Shown: positions 8,992 through 18,267, numbered from the stretch's first letter. The stretch is DNA of 64,000 bases from Myxococcota bacterium (GCA_041288095.1 JBGGMJ010000089.1:9517-73516), one strand, 5' to 3'. Program-made: numbers and translations. The notes: a model not told the origin generated them from the letters alone.

Positions 8992-10962
8992 CTAACTCCC
9001 GGCAGGTTGGCGAGACTGCCGCCTGCGCTTCAATGACTCGAGCGCTTGGCGCTGCGTGTCGAACAACTCTGGATCAACATCACGTGCTTGTAGCGAGGCG
9101 CCTAGCTTCAGCCTCAGGAACGCGCTCGAGGTGTAACGCGTCACGCGCTCGTAGTAGCGCTCGGTGAGCTCGCCCACGAGCTTCGCGTAGGTGTCCGCGA
9201 GATGCGCGGGCACGCTGAAGCCGTCATAGTCGACTACCGCGCGAACGCGCCGGCCGAGCGGCTTGCAGACTTCGGCGACCGCGTCGCCGATGCGACGGAT
9301 GTCGTCCTCGTTACGAACGGTGAGGCCGGCGAAGTTGATGAACAACACTTCGCGCTTGGCGTCGTACTCGAAACGTGAAGCGAGCGGGCGTTCGTCGAGC
9401 GAGGCGCGCAGGCCCATGGGCGCGGTCAAGAAGATGCGCGCGTCCATGAGCTTCAAGGGCAGCTTCATCTCGGGCACGAAGTCCATCTGTCCGAGCACGT
9501 CGCGCTGCAGATCGACGCCGGGCGCGATCTCTTCGAGGCACAGCCCGGAGTCGGTGAGCCTGAACACCGCGCGCTCGGTGACCACCATCGTCTCGTGTCC
9601 GCTTTCGCGGGCTTGGGCGGCGCTAAAGGTCACCTGCTCGACCGCTTTGACGAACTTGCGGTTGCGACCCTCCGCGAGGATGCGCAGGCGGCCGTCGCCA
9701 ATCTCGAGCTTGAGGCCGCCGCAGGTGAAGGTGCCGACGAAGACGACCTTGCGCGCGTTCTGGCTGATGTTGATGAAACCGCCGCAACCCGCGAACGTCG
9801 CCCCGAAGCGGCTGACGTTGACGTTGCCCATGGCATCGACTTCGGCCATGCCCAGGTAGGCTTGGTCGAGGCCGCCGCCGTCGTAGAAATCGAATTGCTG
9901 ACTCTGGTCGACCAGAGCCTCGGTGTTCACCGCCGCGCCGAAGTTCAAGCCCGACGCCGGCAGTCCGCCGATGACTCCCGGCTCAGCCGTCAGCGTGACC
10001 AGGGGCAAGAGACCCTCTTCAGCGGCGACACCAGCGACGGACTCGGGCATGCCGATACCGAGGTTGATGACGGTGCCGGGGATGAGCTCACAGGCGGCAC
10101 GGCGGCCGACGACCTTGCGCGCATCCAAGGCGAGCGGCGGCACGCTCTCGAGAGCGACACGCAGCTCGCCGGAGAACGCGGGGCTGTAAGGCGTCGCGTA
10201 GGTTTGCGCATGATACTCGGCCGGCGCGACCGCGATGCAGTCGACCAGGGCGCCGGGGATCTTCACGCTGCGCGCGGGAATCGAACCGGCCTGCGCCAAG
10301 CGCTCGACCTGCACGATGACCACCCCGCCGCTGTTCTTCGCCGCCATCGCCATTGCCAGGTTGTCCAGGGTGAGCGCTTCGCGCTCCATGCTCACGTTGC
10401 CGTAGGGGTCGGCGGTGGTCCCGCGCAGAAAAACGACATCGATGGGAAAGGCACGGTAGAGCAGCCACTCCTTGCCGTGCATGTGAACGAGCTCGACGAG
10501 ATCGTCGGTGGAGCGCGCGTTGACCTTGCCGCCGCCATGGCGCGGGTCGACGAAGGTGCCGAGGCCGACGCGTGACAGCGTCCCCGGTTTACCGGCGGCG
10601 ATGTCGCGATAGAGGTGCGAGATGCAACCCTGCGGCAGATTGTAGGCTTCGATCTCGCCGGCGAGCGCCATCGCGCCCACCTTCGGGATGAGACCCCAGT
10701 GACCGCCGACAACCCGCTTTAGCAGACCAGGGGCCGCGAGCCGGTTGAGCCCGCGCAGCTTCCCGTCACCCTGCCCCGCCGCGAAGACGAGCGTGAGCCC
10801 ATCGGGTCGCTTGTGCGTGGCGTGGGCTCGGGCCAGAGCCTCGAGCAACCCATCGGGTGTGCCGATGCCGACGAACCCCGAAGTCGCGAGCGTGTTGCCT
10901 GGCTGTACCAAGGCCACGGCCTCATCGAGGCTCGCGACCTTGTTCACCGACGTCAACGCCAT
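8992..10962 (-). CDS. Fused acyl-CoA:acetate/propionate CoA-transferase (Pct/YdiF family) with C-terminal extension
   Basis: GHWGLIP, AYNLPQG, GLGTFVDPR, NLGIGMPE, LTAEPG (catalytic Glu), QFDFYDGGG, GCGGFINISQNA; start ATG 10962 after GAGGAG. Confidence 0.9.
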   Translation of the reverse strand: MALTSVNKVASLDEAVALVQPGNTLATSGFVGIGTPDGLLEALARAHATHKRPDGLTLVFAAGQGDGKLRGLNRLAAPGLLKRVVGGHWGLIPKVGAMALAGEIEAYNLPQGCISHLYRDIAAGKPGTLSRVGLGTFVDPRHGGGKVNARSTDDLVELVHMHGKEWLLYRAFPIDVVFLRGTTADPYGNVSMEREALTLDNLAMAMAAKNSGGVVIVQVERLAQAGSIPARSVKIPGALVDCIAVAPAEYHAQTYATPYSPAFSGELRVALESVPPLALDARKVVGRRAACELIPGTVINLGIGMPESVAGVAAEEGLLPLVTLTAEPGVIGGLPASGLNFGAAVNTEALVDQSQQFDFYDGGGLDQAYLGMAEVDAMGNVNVSRFGATFAGCGGFINISQNARKVVFVGTFTCGGLKLEIGDGRLRILAEGRNRKFVKAVEQVTFSAAQARESGHETMVVTERAVFRLTDSGLCLEEIAPGVDLQRDVLGQMDFVPEMKLPLKLMDARIFLTAPMGLRASLDERPLASRFEYDAKREVLFINFAGLTVRNEDDIRRIGDAVAEVCKPLGRRVRAVVDYDGFSVPAHLADTYAKLVGELTERYYERVTRYTSSAFLRLKLGASLQARDVDPELFDTQRQALESLKRRRQSRQPAGS

Positions 10963-11073
10963 GTCCAATGCTCCTCGCGCGACGGCGAGGATCGACTGGG
11001 GCACAACGTCGGGTCGAGCTCTCGCGACGACGCGGCGAGAATCCCCGCCGCGTCTCAGCCGCTACGCGCGGCC

Positions 11074-11343
11074 TTAGTCCTTGGATCCAACGAGGTCAAG
11101 CGTGCGCTCGGCGTAGCTGGTGACCGTCTTGCGCCACTGAGCGCTGAGGCTCTCGGCGGAAGCGATGACTTCCTTGGCCAAGCGACCGGCTTCGTCGACG
11201 GCCGAGTTCGCGGTCGCGACGCCCTGCTTCTCGAGCTTGTCGACCTGCGCAAGCTCCGCGAGCTTGGTGGCCGAGTCGGCCCACAGCTTGACCCAACCAA
11301 CGCCAAATTGCTGCATCTGCGAAAACACGCTGCTCTGATTCAT
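11074..11343 (-). CDS. Small helical protein, putative phasin (PHA granule protein)
   Basis: ATG 11343 after GAGGAG; 89 aa, Ala/Glu/Lys-rich and amphipathic; lies between phaR and the CoA-transferase/phaC, directly downstream of two operator-like palindromes. Function inferred from context. Confidence 0.6.
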   Translation of the reverse strand: MNQSSVFSQMQQFGVGWVKLWADSATKLAELAQVDKLEKQGVATANSAVDEAGRLAKEVIASAESLSAQWRKTVTSYAERTLDLVGSKD

Positions 11344-11412
11344 GGTCTTCTCCTCACGGAACTGGTTTCCAACAGCTTTTAGTACAGCCACCGGTGCAGG
11401 ATCAACAGTTTT

Positions 11413-11428
11413 TTGTTGCGCCGCAGCA
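11413..11428. promoter_or_regulatory. Putative PhaR operator 1 (TTGTTGCGCCGCAGCA)
   Basis: Near-palindrome with a TGC-N3-GCA core, repeated at 11524-11539. Confidence 0.7.
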
Positions 11429-11523
11429 TTTTCTTGCAAGGCGTTCTTACGCGCCATTTGAGGCCTCCGAGTGCGTGGGTTCGTCGCCCTGTCGCACCTA
11501 GGGCGGCGCGGAGTCAAGACTTC

Positions 11524-11539
11524 TTGTTGCGGCGCAGCA
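11524..11539. promoter_or_regulatory. Putative PhaR operator 2 (TTGTTGCGGCGCAGCA)
   Basis: 15/16 identical to operator 1; lies in the phaR-phasin intergenic region. Confidence 0.7.
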
Positions 11540-11543
11540 AAGC

Positions 11544-12032
11544 TCAGCGTTTACGGCGGCTCTTGGGCTTCAAGCTGCGGCGGAGCTCGGCCATCTCGCG
11601 GCGCAGCTCCTTGAGCTCGTCCTGGGCGGTCGGCGCCGGCGGCTCGGCGGGCGGCACCGGTGGCGGCGCCGGCGCGGGCGAGGGAAACGGTCTTGGCGCG
11701 GCGAACGGGTTGTAGAAGCTCCCCAGGCCATTGCGCGTCTGCTGGTAGAGGTCGAGCGCCCAGCTCACATAGCGGCCGAGGAAGTCGGCCAGAGGCTCTT
11801 CGCCCATGCGGATGAGCTGCACCAGCAACGCCGGCGGTAGCAGCCGAGCCGCGTTCTGGTCCTCGAAGATGATCTGAGCGAGCGTCGGCGCGGTGAGGTC
11901 GGCACCGGTCTTGGCGTCCTCGACGCGAACGTCGGCTCCGGCACGGATCCGCGCGGCGATTTCGTCCAAGCGGATGTAGCGACTGGCGTCCGTGTCGTAG
12001 AGGCGGCGGTTGTTGTACTTTTTGACGAGCAC
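11544..12032 (-). CDS. phaR: PHA synthesis repressor PhaR-like regulator
   Basis: N-terminal KKYNNRRLYDT...YI...DAKTGADLT...LAQIIFE...LIR signature; start may be GTG 12032 or 12062. Confidence 0.9.
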   Translation of the reverse strand: MLVKKYNNRRLYDTDASRYIRLDEIAARIRAGADVRVEDAKTGADLTAPTLAQIIFEDQNAARLLPPALLVQLIRMGEEPLADFLGRYVSWALDLYQQTRNGLGSFYNPFAAPRPFPSPAPAPPPVPPAEPPAPTAQDELKELRREMAELRRSLKPKSRRKR

Positions 12033-12104
12033 GAGCAGCAGCCTTGCGGCACTCGGTGGCACGCCGTCAAGACGGGCTCTGTCAAAGCGTCAGGCTCGAC
12101 GCAC

Positions 12105-12131
12105 GCAATCGCCGCCGCTGCGTGCCGATAA
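12105..12131 (+). promoter_or_regulatory. Sigma-28-like promoter GCAAT-N14-GCCGATAA
   Basis: Read directly; 49 nt upstream of ATG 12181. Confidence 0.6.
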
Positions 12132-12180
12132 CAACCTCGAGACGGAAACTGGGCCATTTTTTGGCCGCGGAGAACGCTCG

Positions 12181-12756
12181 ATGGCTTCGGCTCCTCCTGC
12201 ATTGGTCGCGCTTGCTCGCTCCCTACCGAGGGCAGCTGACCTCGCCTTCGAGGCACGCCGCCACGCCGCGCGATGCTCCGAGCAGTTGCAGCGCGCCGCC
12301 ACGAGCCTGCAACACCTGCGCGACCTCGTGAGCGAGCGCGCCGCGCCGGCGGATCTCGATCACGGCCGCTTACTCGACGTCGACGCTCACCTCATGGTCC
12401 TCGAGCAGAAGTCGCGCGTCTATGCCGCGATCTGCGCCACCATCGAAGCCTTCCATGACGCCTTGGGCCTGGCGCGCACCGCCCTCGACCGCCTCGGCTC
12501 ATCCTCCACGTCGCTCATGCGCGCCCTGCGCACGCAACCGCCGAGCACCTCGGCCGAGGACTGCCGGCGTGTCGTCAACGACCTGGTCGTCGAATACACG
12601 TCCCATGCTGACCGCTATAGCGACCTGGAAGCCGCGCTCGGCGACGCGCTCCCCGGCGACTTGCACCGGCCGCGGGCGGCTTTCGCGAACAACGCCAAGG
12701 CCACGAGCTGCATGACGACCGAGAAGACCACGAGCGCGGTGCGCGACCGATCGTAG
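12181..12756 (+). CDS. Hypothetical helical protein (3' end possibly rearranged)
   Basis: ATG 12181 after GGAG; protein-like to about 12670, then reads antisense through the MFS gene. Confidence 0.55.
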   Translation: MASAPPALVALARSLPRAADLAFEARRHAARCSEQLQRAATSLQHLRDLVSERAAPADLDHGRLLDVDAHLMVLEQKSRVYAAICATIEAFHDALGLARTALDRLGSSSTSLMRALRTQPPSTSAEDCRRVVNDLVVEYTSHADRYSDLEAALGDALPGDLHRPRAAFANNAKATSCMTTEKTTSAVRDRS

Positions 12757-13838
12757 AGCAGCCCGGTGACCACGCTGCCGGCGAACCAACCGGACCCGTA
12801 ACCCAGGTAGAACAAGCCGAAGGCGACGTTGCGTTTGCCTTCGGGCAGCTCGCCGGCAATCAGCGCCTTGAAGAGGGTGTCCTGGACGGCGTAGCCGACG
12901 CCCCAGAGCATGAGCCCCGCGAGCACCGCGGCGAATCCGCCAAAGAAGACGAGCGGCGAGAAAGCGGCCGAGAAGGTGATGCCGATCATCACCGCCGGCA
13001 TGCCGATGCGGTCGAAGAGCCTCCCGAGGATGAGGCTGGTCAGGACGCCGCCGAGAGTCGCAATGGCGAGGAGCGCCGGCAGCCACGGGCCGGTCACGGT
13101 CTCGGTGATCGCGAGGTGAAGCGAGATGAGCTCGAAGCTCATGAGACCCGCCGCGAAGAAGCCGCCGGCGATCATGATGAGCCAATAGGTCGCGGAGAAC
13201 TTGGTGCCGCGCGGCGCGGTCGACGTCTCGAAGCGCTCCGGCAGTGGAAAGACCAGGCGCGCGACGACCAGAGCCACCAGAGCGAGCAAGGCAGGCACCG
13301 TGAGCAACAGGTAACCGTCGCGATACCCCGCATGACGAGCGAGGACCCACGCCATCAACAGTGGACCAAGCGTGGCGCCCGTCTCGTCGAGAGCTGTATT
13401 CACGGCGTACACCCAGCCGCGTCCGAGTGTCCCGGTGGTGTAGGAGAGCATGGCCTCGATGGTCGGCTTTCGCAGCGCCCGACCGACACGCTCGCCGATC
13501 ACGAGAGCGGCGGCGACCGGCAAGCTGCCGGTGAACGCCAAAACAGGCACGACCAGAACGTTGATCGCGTAGCCGACGAAGGTGACCAGCCAATAGCGGC
13601 CCGTACGATCGGCGACATACCCCGCGCCTAGCCGCAGCCCGTACCCCAAGAACTCGCCGAAGCCAGCGATGACGCTGACGGCCGCGGCGCTGGCGCCGAG
13701 AGAGCCCAGGAAGGGTCCGTTGACGCTCGCCCCACCCTCGTAGACGATGTCGGCGAAGAGATTGACGACACCGAGCATCAGCACGAACGCGAAAGCGGAC
13801 GTGGCAATGGAACGCCGATGAAGCTTGGACGGAGTCAC
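12615..13838 (-). CDS. MFS transporter
   Basis: About 12 hydrophobic segments; GYVADRTGR and GRLFDRIG motif-A repeats; ERVGRALR. Confidence 0.9.
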   Translation of the reverse strand: MTPSKLHRRSIATSAFAFVLMLGVVNLFADIVYEGGASVNGPFLGSLGASAAAVSVIAGFGEFLGYGLRLGAGYVADRTGRYWLVTFVGYAINVLVVPVLAFTGSLPVAAALVIGERVGRALRKPTIEAMLSYTTGTLGRGWVYAVNTALDETGATLGPLLMAWVLARHAGYRDGYLLLTVPALLALVALVVARLVFPLPERFETSTAPRGTKFSATYWLIMIAGGFFAAGLMSFELISLHLAITETVTGPWLPALLAIATLGGVLTSLILGRLFDRIGMPAVMIGITFSAAFSPLVFFGGFAAVLAGLMLWGVGYAVQDTLFKALIAGELPEGKRNVAFGLFYLGYGSGWFAGSVVTGLLYDRSRTALVVFSVVMQLVALALFAKAARGRCKSPGSASPSAASRSL

Positions 13839-13862
13839 GGTCCGCCGTGTGTACGTCGAGTG

Positions 13863-15446
13863 TTAGCCGGCGACCAGCCCTGTCGCCGTCGTCGCGATTT
13901 CGCTGGCGCTCGCGTATTGCACCTGATCTTGGGCGCTCGCTGGGATGGTGACCGACGTGCCCGTCGCGACGTTCGTGTACGTCGCGTTGACGGCGTCGAC
14001 GTGGACGCTCCAGTCCGCCGAGTTGCCCTCGAGGATGATGGTTTGCTCTTGCGCGTTCGAGGCGAGCGCGGCCTTGTCGTAGGCTTGCAGCTCGGTCTGC
14101 GGGTCGATGCGCAGCGAGGGATCCTTCACGACCCAGGTGTTGTTTTCGCCCGCCAGCACCATGATGGTCCCGACGAGATCGAGCTCGCCTTGGTTGTTCG
14201 AGCCGCCGAGCAGCGCGTGCCCCGTACCCGACGGACCCGGGTAGGGGTTGGTGCACAGATCGATGGTGTTGTTGCTGCCGCCGACGTGCAAACACACGTC
14301 CGATGAACGCGCGACCGGGTAACCGAAGGTTCGACCCGAGGCCTGCGAGAGATCGAGGAGCGTCGGCGGGCGCGTATCGAGGCCAACCTCGGACTCAGCG
14401 AGCAAGCGCACCACGTCGGCTTGCGTCACGCCAAATGATCGGCCCTCGGCCGCGCCCACGGTGTCGAAGTGGTAGAGCGCAAACTCGACACGCAAGCGCT
14501 CTTCCTTCGCGGGGACCGCGCCGGCCGCGGCGATCATGCGGTCACATGCTTCTTGCAAGCCTGGAACGCCGGCGATGTACGCGAGCGCGTCGGCCTTGAC
14601 CGCTTTAGCGAACGCCTCGTTCTCGGCGCCCGTGTACGTGAAAACGAGCTCCTCCCAGGCCATACCGCGGGTGTCGTAGCTGCTGGTCGCCTGACGCTCG
14701 TTGGCGAAGTCGAGCGTGCTCGCGGCGAGCTCGCCGCCGCTTTGGGCGACGAAGTCGTCGGTGGTGCCGACGTCGGTCGTGACAGCGTCGGTGGTGCCCA
14801 AGTCGAGCTTGGAGAGGTCGGTCGTGATGTCGGTATGCACCGACCCCGTGCCGAGCACGTCACCCGCATGTTGCAAAGCGTCGAGCGTGTTTGGACCCAC
14901 CCCGGATCCAGCCGCCTCGCGCGCCTGATCGGCTGCATTGCGAGCCCCACTGCTGCTAACGCCGTTGCGCTCCGGATGCGCGAGGATCTCGAGGGTCTTG
15001 AGCAGGCGAGAGAGCGCCTCGAGATCGAGCGAGTCCGCGTTGGCGAGCAAGAGCGCGAGCCAGTCGTTCACCTCGGCGGAGGCGCCAGGCCCGACAATGG
15101 CGTCGAAGATGTCCTGGATAGCGGTCTGACGCGGGATGCCGAAAGCCTCGGCAAGCTCGAGACCCACGTGCAGCTCCCCGACCGAGGGTGGCGACGAGCC
15201 TCCTCCCAGGACGACGAGCGCCTCGTTCCAGGCCTTGAAGTTCGGGGGGACGGTGAACGCGGCGTCATCGGCTTCGAGCGAGGCGGTAGGCAGCGGGGCG
15301 AGCGCTTCGGGCTCATCGACCCCGCGCGCACGGCGAGCTGACAGTGCGTCATGGTCGACCGCTACGCGGTAGGCCCGCTTGGTACTCAGGGCAGCAACAT
15401 GATCGAGCGACACACCACTGAAGATGCCCCGCTGCGCGACTTTCAT
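13863..15446 (-). CDS. Hypothetical acidic protein
   Basis: Long ORF with coding-like composition; ATG 15446 after GGAG; no family recognised. Confidence 0.7.
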   Translation of the reverse strand: MKVAQRGIFSGVSLDHVAALSTKRAYRVAVDHDALSARRARGVDEPEALAPLPTASLEADDAAFTVPPNFKAWNEALVVLGGGSSPPSVGELHVGLELAEAFGIPRQTAIQDIFDAIVGPGASAEVNDWLALLLANADSLDLEALSRLLKTLEILAHPERNGVSSSGARNAADQAREAAGSGVGPNTLDALQHAGDVLGTGSVHTDITTDLSKLDLGTTDAVTTDVGTTDDFVAQSGGELAASTLDFANERQATSSYDTRGMAWEELVFTYTGAENEAFAKAVKADALAYIAGVPGLQEACDRMIAAAGAVPAKEERLRVEFALYHFDTVGAAEGRSFGVTQADVVRLLAESEVGLDTRPPTLLDLSQASGRTFGYPVARSSDVCLHVGGSNNTIDLCTNPYPGPSGTGHALLGGSNNQGELDLVGTIMVLAGENNTWVVKDPSLRIDPQTELQAYDKAALASNAQEQTIILEGNSADWSVHVDAVNATYTNVATGTSVTIPASAQDQVQYASASEIATTATGLVAG

Positions 15447-15536
15447 GCCGACCACTCCATGCGCCAAGCGCGTTGGTCGACCTACGCGCGCGGATCACAG
15501 CGCGGCTCGGCGCGAGACCTGAAGGAATGACAGGGG

Positions 15537-16370
15537 TTACCGCCCGCCCGCTTTGAACACGATCGGCAGCGCTACGGCGGCGACCAAGCCCGCGACGAGC
15601 AGCAGGCCGATTCCCGAAACGATGACCCGCCAGATCAAGGCGTGAGCGGCCGCGACGCGCTTCAAGCTCGCCGCGTCGGGCCGAGCGATGAAGTCATCGA
15701 GCGCCGGCACTTGCCTCCAGACGAGCCAGAGCAGCGCGAGCTGAACGAGGCCGCTGCCGATGGTGATTTGCCGCAGCATCGACGAGCTCATGCCGGAAGC
15801 CCCAGGCGGTGGGGTCACGAAGACGCCGACGATCCCCATGAGCATGAGGACCGCGGCTCCGGCGACGACGATGACCAGCGCGCGCCGCAACGTGCCGGCG
15901 GAGACGACGACATCGTCTCGTGGACCGACTTGCCAGAGCGTCGGCGTCACCGCTGTGGCGGCCGCCAAGCGTTGGGCCCATGAGCCGACGAACATGAGCA
16001 CGAGCACGCCAAGACCGACCGCCCAGGTTTGCGTCATGCGGTTCAAGACCGCGGCGACTTTCGCCATCGTGGGCTCTTTGGCAAGCGTGCGCATCGACGA
16101 GGCCAGACGAAACAAGAGGATGGCGGCCATGAGATACGAGGCGGTGATGACTGCGAGCAACGCGCCAACCTGGCCTTCGGGAATCGTGCCGCTGGCGAAC
16201 ATGCCGCAGCCGCTGCCGATAACGGCAAGAGTGCAAAGGAGCCCGAGGATCCTCAAGGCCCGGTACGACGCAACGAAGGGCGCGACGGCATCAGCGAGCT
16301 CTGCTTCGCTTCCGATGCTCGCGGTGCCCAGCACTGCTTCCGGCGGCTTGTAGGGATTCGAGAGGTCCAT
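15537..16370 (-). CDS. Hypothetical membrane protein with two similar halves
   Basis: Starts MDLSNPYKPP; about six TM segments. Confidence 0.7.
   Translation of the reverse strand: MDLSNPYKPPEAVLGTASIGSEAELADAVAPFVASYRALRILGLLCTLAVIGSGCGMFASGTIPEGQVGALLAVITASYLMAAILLFRLASSMRTLAKEPTMAKVAAVLNRMTQTWAVGLGVLVLMFVGSWAQRLAAATAVTPTLWQVGPRDDVVVSAGTLRRALVIVVAGAAVLMLMGIVGVFVTPPPGASGMSSSMLRQITIGSGLVQLALLWLVWRQVPALDDFIARPDAASLKRVAAAHALIWRVIVSGIGLLLVAGLVAAVALPIVFKAGGR
16196..16222 (+). promoter_or_regulatory. Possible sigma-28-like promoter CGAAC-N14-GCCGATAA, embedded antisense in a CDS
   Basis: Motif and spacing match the other copies; 187 nt upstream of the desaturase. Confidence 0.3.
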
Positions 16371-16409
16371 GATCACATCGTAACGCGCCGGCGCGTTTTG
16401 CGGTAACTT

Positions 16410-17162
16410 GTGGATGTGTACCTCGCCGCATGCGCCGCGATGTTCGCGGTGGCGTACCTCGCGAGCATCCTCACGATCACCGTCGGCTATCACCGGGGGT
16501 TGGCGCACCGAGCGATGGCGCTCCACCCCGCTCTACGCCGTGTCGTGATCAACGGCGGCATCTGGCTGACCGGCCTCGATCCCAAGGCGTGGATCGTCAT
16601 GCATCGCATGCACCACGCCTACTCCGACACGGCGCGCGACCCGCACGCGCCGGCGGGCGGTCTGCTCAAGATGGTCGTCCAGCAGTACTACGGCACCAGC
16701 AACACCATTCGCGGCCTTCGCTACAACGACCCCGCATACACGACCTTCGCGGACGATCTGGACTTCGACCTCCATCCGCTGACGAAGCGTTGGATGTGGT
16801 GGTTTCCCTATGTCATGCACGCTATAGCGGGCGTCATCATCGGCGTGACGGTCGGGTGGCTGTTCGGCGCGGCCTACTTCACCGGCATCGCAAGCCATCC
16901 CTTCCAAGGCGCCCTGGTGAACTACTTCGGACACTCGGCGGGCCGACGCAACTTCGACACGCCCGACACCTCACGCAACAACGTGTTCGTCGCGTGGGTC
17001 ACGCTCGGCGAAGGCTTCCAGAACAACCATCACCGCTATCCTGGGTCGGTGTCGTTCGCTTACCGCCGCTCCGAGATCGATCTCGGTTACTTCGCATGTC
17101 TCGCCCTCGACGCGGTTGGCCTCGTGACCATCGAGCGCGAGCAACTCATCCCGAAGCGTTGA
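16410..17162 (+). CDS. Fatty acid desaturase (delta-9 type)
   Basis: His boxes YHRGLAH, HRMHH and GEGFQNNHH; DPH motif; SRNN. Confidence 0.9.
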   Translation: MDVYLAACAAMFAVAYLASILTITVGYHRGLAHRAMALHPALRRVVINGGIWLTGLDPKAWIVMHRMHHAYSDTARDPHAPAGGLLKMVVQQYYGTSNTIRGLRYNDPAYTTFADDLDFDLHPLTKRWMWWFPYVMHAIAGVIIGVTVGWLFGAAYFTGIASHPFQGALVNYFGHSAGRRNFDTPDTSRNNVFVAWVTLGEGFQNNHHRYPGSVSFAYRRSEIDLGYFACLALDAVGLVTIEREQLIPKR

Positions 17163-17164
17163 CG

Positions 17165-17683
17165 TTACTTCGCCGGCTTGCACGCCATGCGCAGCGCTTC
17201 GACGTTTTGCGGCCACGTGAACATGAACGTCATCTCGCCAAACTGGCCATGCACGACCTTGCCCCGGGTCTCGTCGGCGAGCCACTTGGCAAGCTCGACC
17301 GGTGGCACCGTCGTCTCGAACACGAACTGGCTCCCGACCTGATACAGCGCGGCGACACCCCAGAACGCCGCGACATCGTGCGAGACAGCCGTGCCATTGC
17401 CCGTCGTTAGGAGCAGCGGCCAGCTCTTGGGGGGTTTAGGGCCTTCGAAGGGATCGCTGTCGAACCCGAGTGCTTTCACATCGACGACGAGGCGCAGAAT
17501 CGCGCGCGGTCCGCTGCAAGTGACAGCGAGGGTCGTGTTGGCGGTGTAGCTCTTGTAAGCGCTCGTGCCGAACGTCCGCGCCGTGACCCACGCGCCGTTT
17601 GTCCGCTCTAGCAGCCAAAGTGGATGAGTCGGTTCGGCAATGGGGAGGTCGGCAACGAGGAGGACGGCGAGAAGGAAGTGCAC
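17165..17683 (-). CDS. Hypothetical exported protein
   Basis: Short hydrophobic N-terminus MHFLLAVLLVA; fills the gap without overlap. Confidence 0.6.
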   Translation of the reverse strand: MHFLLAVLLVADLPIAEPTHPLWLLERTNGAWVTARTFGTSAYKSYTANTTLAVTCSGPRAILRLVVDVKALGFDSDPFEGPKPPKSWPLLLTTGNGTAVSHDVAAFWGVAALYQVGSQFVFETTVPPVELAKWLADETRGKVVHGQFGEMTFMFTWPQNVEALRMACKPAK

Positions 17684-17715
17684 CTAGCGAGAGTGCCATT
17701 GCTTCTCACCGTGTG

Positions 17716-18267
17716 TCACGGAGTGCGGTTCGCGTTCGCGTCGGCGCGGAAGGGACACGGCAGCGAGCGCAACGAAGCGGGCCTTGCGCTCCCGGGCGTC
17801 GCGAACGTCTTGAAGATCTGCGCGGTGTCGCGCGAGCGCTGATTGAACCAGTGCGTGAAGCCTTCGACGCGCACGACGTAGCCGATGCCGTCGATGATGG
17901 CGACGCGCTCTTCGACAGTCTTCGTGAACTGTCCATTCGGGTCGATGAACAACGTGAAACGGCGACGGTAGCCAACCGCGCCGGCGAGCGTCGTTGGACC
18001 AGAAGCGACGCTCACGTACCCGGGCTCGCCCTGGCTCGCCGCCGCGATGGCGAGCACGAAGTCCTGGAGCGTGGCGTCGCCTACGGGCACCGCGCGGATG
18101 GTGGAAATGGTCAGCCGGTCGTTCGTGTTGCGATGGAAAATGATGCCGGCCGGGTCGTTCAGCGGTTCGACTGGGGCCCAATCCTTGGGCAGCTCGACAC
18201 TGAAGTGCCGTTGCGGGTGCTCGTAGTGCACACCAACGATCGAAACGGCAAAGACCACCGCGAGCAT
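17716..18267 (-). CDS. Hypothetical exported protein, possible PsbP/DcrB-like fold
   Basis: FSVELPKDW and TTLAG patterns; hydrophobic N-terminus. Confidence 0.55.
   Translation of the reverse strand: MLAVVFAVSIVGVHYEHPQRHFSVELPKDWAPVEPLNDPAGIIFHRNTNDRLTISTIRAVPVGDATLQDFVLAIAAASQGEPGYVSVASGPTTLAGAVGYRRRFTLFIDPNGQFTKTVEERVAIIDGIGYVVRVEGFTHWFNQRSRDTAQIFKTFATPGSARPASLRSLPCPFRADANANRTP

Noticed and set aside
12499..14295. 598-aa Arg-rich ORF, representative of many long alternative-frame ORFs (e.g. 43734-45863, 55483-57462)
   Set aside because: They overlap well-supported genes and have the composition of high-GC frame shadows.
15455..15470. Sigma-54-like TGGCGC upstream of the 15446 gene
   Set aside because: The invariant -12 GC is GG, and the site overlaps the RBS.
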